The translations under genes were made by a program, and so were the position numbers. The notes beneath the pieces are model-generated. The model saw only the letters and a list, made by a program, of their open reading frames with translations. It ran no database searches and was not told the origin of the DNA. A DNA stretch of 33,089 bases from a virus (taxonomy: Duplodnaviria; Heunggongvirae; Uroviricota; Caudoviricetes): the IMG/VR virus record IMGVR_UViG_2861084961_000005, one strand, 5' to 3'. Positions 30,011-33,089 of this stretch are shown piece after piece; the stretch's first letter is position 1; each line of letters starts with the position of its first letter.

Positions 30011-30489
30011 ATGATGCTCGCGTTAGGTATGTTTGTTTTTATGCGCCAGACGCTGCCACACCAGACCATGCAGCGTGAATCAGATTATCGCTGGCCGTCA
30101 AATTCCCGTATCGGCAAACGGGATGCCTTTCAGTTTCTCGGTGTGGGTGAGGAAAACATCACGCTTGCCGGTGTGCTTTATCCCGAACTGACCGGCGGCA
30201 AGCTGACGATGACCACGCTCAGGCTGATGGCAGAGGAGGGGCGGGCGTGGCCGTTGCTGGATGGCACCGGCATGATTTACGGCATGTATGTCATCAGCAA
30301 GGTGAGTGAAACAGGGAGTATTTCTTTGCAGACGGCACACCCCGGAAAATTGATTTTACGCTGTCGCTCACCCGCGTTGATGAATCACTGGCCGCGCTTT
30401 ATGGCGATATCGGTAAACAGGCGGAATCGCTCATCGGTAAGGCTGGCAGTATGGCGACTAAATTCACGGGTATGACGGGGGCGGGATAA
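30011..30489 (+). CDS. U: Tail protein (P2 gpU family); one frame break
   Basis: ORF 30011..30475, then C-terminus ...GKAGSMATKFTGMTGAG-stop in the next frame ending 30487..30489; junction at T-run 30321..30323. Confidence 0.85.
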
Positions 30490-31652
30490 TGCTGGATGCA
30501 CTGACATTTGATGCAGGCAGTACGCTGACGCCGGATTACATGCTGATGCTCGACAGCAGGGATATTACCGGCAATATCAGCGACCGTCTGATGAGCATGA
30601 CCCTGACGGATAACCGGGGCTTTGAGGCTGACCAGCTTGATATTGAACTGAACGATGCCGACGGGCAGGTCGGGCTACCGATTCGTGGCGCTGTCCTGAC
30701 GGTGTATATCGGCTGGAAAGGTTTTGCCCTGGTATGCAAAGGGAAATTTACCGTTGATGAGGTTGAACACCGGGGCGCGCCGGATGTGGTTACCATCCGC
30801 GCCCGGAGTGCAGATTTCCGCGGGACGCTCAATTCCCGCCGTGAAGGCTCCTGGCATGACACCACGCTCGGTGCGATTGTTGAGGCGATAGCCTCCCGTA
30901 ACAAGCTGGAAGCCAGTGTCGCGCCGTCACTGGCCGGAATTAAAATCCCGCACATCGACCAGTCGCAGGAGTCTGATGCGAAATTTCTGACCCGTCTTGC
31001 AGAACGCAACGGCGGTGAGGTGTCGGTAAAAATGGGAAAACTGCTGTTTCTCAAAGCGGGGCAGGGGGTGACGGCCAGCGGTAAAAAAATCCCGCAGGTC
31101 ACCATCACCCGCAGCGACGGTGACCGCCATCATTTTGCGATTGCTGACCGTGGAGCCTACACCGGCGTAACGGCAAAGTGGTTACACACCAAAGACCCGA
31201 AGCCGCAAAAGCAGAAGGTAAAACTGAAACGCAAAAAGAAAGAGAAACACCTGCGCGCACTGGAGCACCCGAAAGCGAAACCGGTCACGCAGAAGAAAGC
31301 GCCAAAAGTACCGGAAGCGCGCGAAGGTGAATACATGGCAGGTGAGGCTGACAATGTTTTTGCCCTGACCACGGTATATGCCACGAAAGCGCAGGCCATG
31401 CGCGCCGCTCAGGCGAAGTGGGATAAACTGCAACGGGGCGTTGCGGAGTTCTCCATCAGCCTGGCTACCGGTCGGGCTGATATTTACACGGAAACACCGG
31501 TTAAAGTGTCAGGCTTTAAGCGCGTCATAGACGAGCAGGACTGGACAATCACTAAGGTGACACATTTTCTGAATAATAGCGGCTTCACGACGTCCTTAGA
31601 GCTTGAGGTCAGGCTTTCTGATGTGGAGTACGAAACAGAAGATGATGAGTGA
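30489..31652 (+). CDS. D: Tail protein / late control gene D (P2 gpD family)
   Basis: 387-aa intact ORF, start overlapping the U stop. Confidence 0.9.
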   Translation: MLDALTFDAGSTLTPDYMLMLDSRDITGNISDRLMSMTLTDNRGFEADQLDIELNDADGQVGLPIRGAVLTVYIGWKGFALVCKGKFTVDEVEHRGAPDVVTIRARSADFRGTLNSRREGSWHDTTLGAIVEAIASRNKLEASVAPSLAGIKIPHIDQSQESDAKFLTRLAERNGGEVSVKMGKLLFLKAGQGVTASGKKIPQVTITRSDGDRHHFAIADRGAYTGVTAKWLHTKDPKPQKQKVKLKRKKKEKHLRALEHPKAKPVTQKKAPKVPEAREGEYMAGEADNVFALTTVYATKAQAMRAAQAKWDKLQRGVAEFSISLATGRADIYTETPVKVSGFKRVIDEQDWTITKVTHFLNNSGFTTSLELEVRLSDVEYETEDDE

Positions 31653-31732
31653 TGTTTTTATTTTATCTGTTTGTTTATAAGGATAAATTAATTAAAATGG
31701 CACCATTAACAAAACCTGAAGAGGTGCTCGCG

Positions 31733-31951
31733 ATGTTTCATTGTCCTTTATGCCAGCATGCCGCACATGCGCGTACAAGTCGCTATATCACTGACACGAC
31801 AAAAGAGCGTTATCACCAGTGCCAGAACGTGAATTGCAGCGCCACGTTTATCACTTATGAGTCGGTACAGCGATACATCGTGAAGCCGGGAGAAGTCCAC
31901 GCCGTAAGGCCGCACCCGTTGCCGTCAGGGCAGCAAATTATGTGGATGTGA
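31733..31951 (+). CDS. ogr: Late-gene transcriptional activator Ogr (zinc finger)
   Basis: 72 aa MFHCPLCQHAAHARTSRYITDTTKERYHQCQNVNCSATF... with CxxC...CxxxxC finger; alternative upstream ATG at 31697. Confidence 0.85.
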   Translation: MFHCPLCQHAAHARTSRYITDTTKERYHQCQNVNCSATFITYESVQRYIVKPGEVHAVRPHPLPSGQQIMWM

Positions 31952-31955
31952 TCAC

Positions 31956-31988
31956 AAAAATAGCCCCTCACTTGAGGGGCTATTTTTA
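31956..31988. terminator. Bidirectional rho-independent terminator after ogr
   Basis: AAAAAT-AGCCCCTCA-ctt-GAGGGGCT-ATTTTTA hairpin flanked by A- and T-runs, immediately after the ogr stop. Confidence 0.55.
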
Positions 31989-32079
31989 TGGTCGATGTGG
32001 ACGCTATGTGGACAGCGGTTGACATAAATCCATTTATATCATCAGGTTAGGTGCTTTTTTGTGACACCATCCCTGTCTT

Positions 32080-32105
32080 CCCCCACATGATGTGGGGGTT
32101 TTTTT
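32080..32105 (+). terminator. Rho-independent terminator, probably host-derived at the attR junction
   Basis: CCCCCACAT-g-ATGTGGGGG hairpin followed by TTTTTTT. Confidence 0.5.
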
Positions 32106-32186
32106 ATCCTCAATTTGCCTACTGCTTAATGCATTGCAGATGATTTGCTTCCGTTATACTACCGTCAGTTGATAGCGGGAGTATTT

Positions 32187-33089
32187 ATGAATCAATCTTA
32201 TGGACGGCTGGTCAGTCGGGCGGCGATTGCTGCAACGGCGATGGCTTCACTGCTATTGCTGATTAAAATTTTTGCATGGTGGTATACCGGGTCGGTGAGT
32301 ATTCTCGCCGCGCTGGTGGATTCGCTGGTGGATATCGGCGCGTCGTTGACGAATTTACTGGTGGTGCGATATTCCCTGCAACCTGCCGACGATAATCACT
32401 CGTTTGGTCACGGTAAAGCTGAGTCCCTCGCGGCGCTGGCGCAAAGTATGTTTATCTCCGGTTCAGCACTATTCCTGTTTTTGACGGGTATTCAACATCT
32501 GATATCTCCAACACCGATGACAGATCCAGGCGTCGGGGTTATCGTGACAATTGTGGCGCTAATTTGTACGATTATCCTTGTCTCGTTTCAGCGTTGGGTG
32601 GTGCGCCGGACGCAAAGCCAGGCGGTGCGGGCTGATATGCTACATTACCAGTCTGATGTTATGATGAACGGTGCAATTCTGCTGGCGCTGGGGTTGTCCT
32701 GGTACGGCTGGCATCGCGCCGATGCTCTGTTTGCATTGGGAATCGGCATCTATATTTTATATAGCGCGTTACGCATGGGATATGAGGCGGTACAGTCATT
32801 ACTGGATCGCGCATTGCCTGATGAAGAACGGCAAGAAATTATTGATATCGTGACTTCCTGGCCGGGTGTTAGCGGCGCTCACGATCTTCGCACGCGGCAG
32901 TCAGGGCCGACCCGCTTTATTCAGATTCATTTGGAAATGGAAGACTCTCTGCCTTTGGTTCAGGCACATATGGTGGCGGATCAGGTAGAGCAGGCTATTT
33001 TACGGCGTTTTCCGGGATCGGATGTGATTATCCATCAGGACCCCTGTTCCGTCGTACCCAGGGAGGGTAAACGGTCTATGCTTTCATAA
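32187..33089 (+). CDS. fieF: Cation diffusion facilitator family metal efflux transporter FieF (YiiP), host gene
   Basis: 300 aa [36 protein letters not shown]... recognised as Escherichia-type FieF; start at ATG 32187 (track ORF begins further upstream). Confidence 0.9.

Larger units (their letters stand above)
1..32079. mobile_element. P2-like prophage, canonical integrated gene order; left end (attL) lies beyond the window start, right boundary approximate
   Basis: Complete collinear P2 gene set from int to ogr, 19-nt P2-type cos at 9901..9919, host gene fieF immediately to the right. Right end placed just before a host-like terminator at 32080..32105. Confidence 0.9.

Noticed and set aside
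1-33089. CRISPR arrays, tRNA or rRNA genes (for example a tRNA at the integration site)
   Set aside because: No regularly spaced direct repeats and no cloverleaf-like or rRNA-like sequence recognised; the prophage here abuts a protein-coding gene, not a tRNA. A tRNA scan was not run.

Overview
Almost the whole window is one P2-like (Peduovirus-type) prophage, running from the 3' end of its integrase at position 1 to an attR region next to the host cation-efflux gene fieF (32187..33089). Gene order is the canonical P2 order: int, C, cox, B-region small genes, replication gene A, a variable accessory locus, cos, portal Q and terminase P on the minus strand, then O N M L X Y K lysA lysB/lysC R S V W J I H G, an invertible tail-fibre segment with a Gin/Pin-family invertase, FI FII E/E' T U D ogr. 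Family and protein identifications rest on motifs I can read plus recollection of P2 proteins; no search was run. The most interesting region is the AT-rich island at 6386..9863 between gene A and cos. It carries a translationally coupled pair, a 391-aa ParB/Srx-domain protein and a 264-aa protein with no recognisable motif, which I flag as a candidate undescribed defence or exclusion module. Converging on that pair is a C5 cytosine methyltransferase broken by an in-frame stop and two frameshifts. A second notable feature is that at least a dozen core phage genes are split across reading frames, and the junctions I inspected are missing one base from an A/T (occasionally G/C) run; this points to homopolymer sequencing error rather than gene decay, but I cannot prove it from sequence alone. 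No tRNA, rRNA or CRISPR array was recognised.
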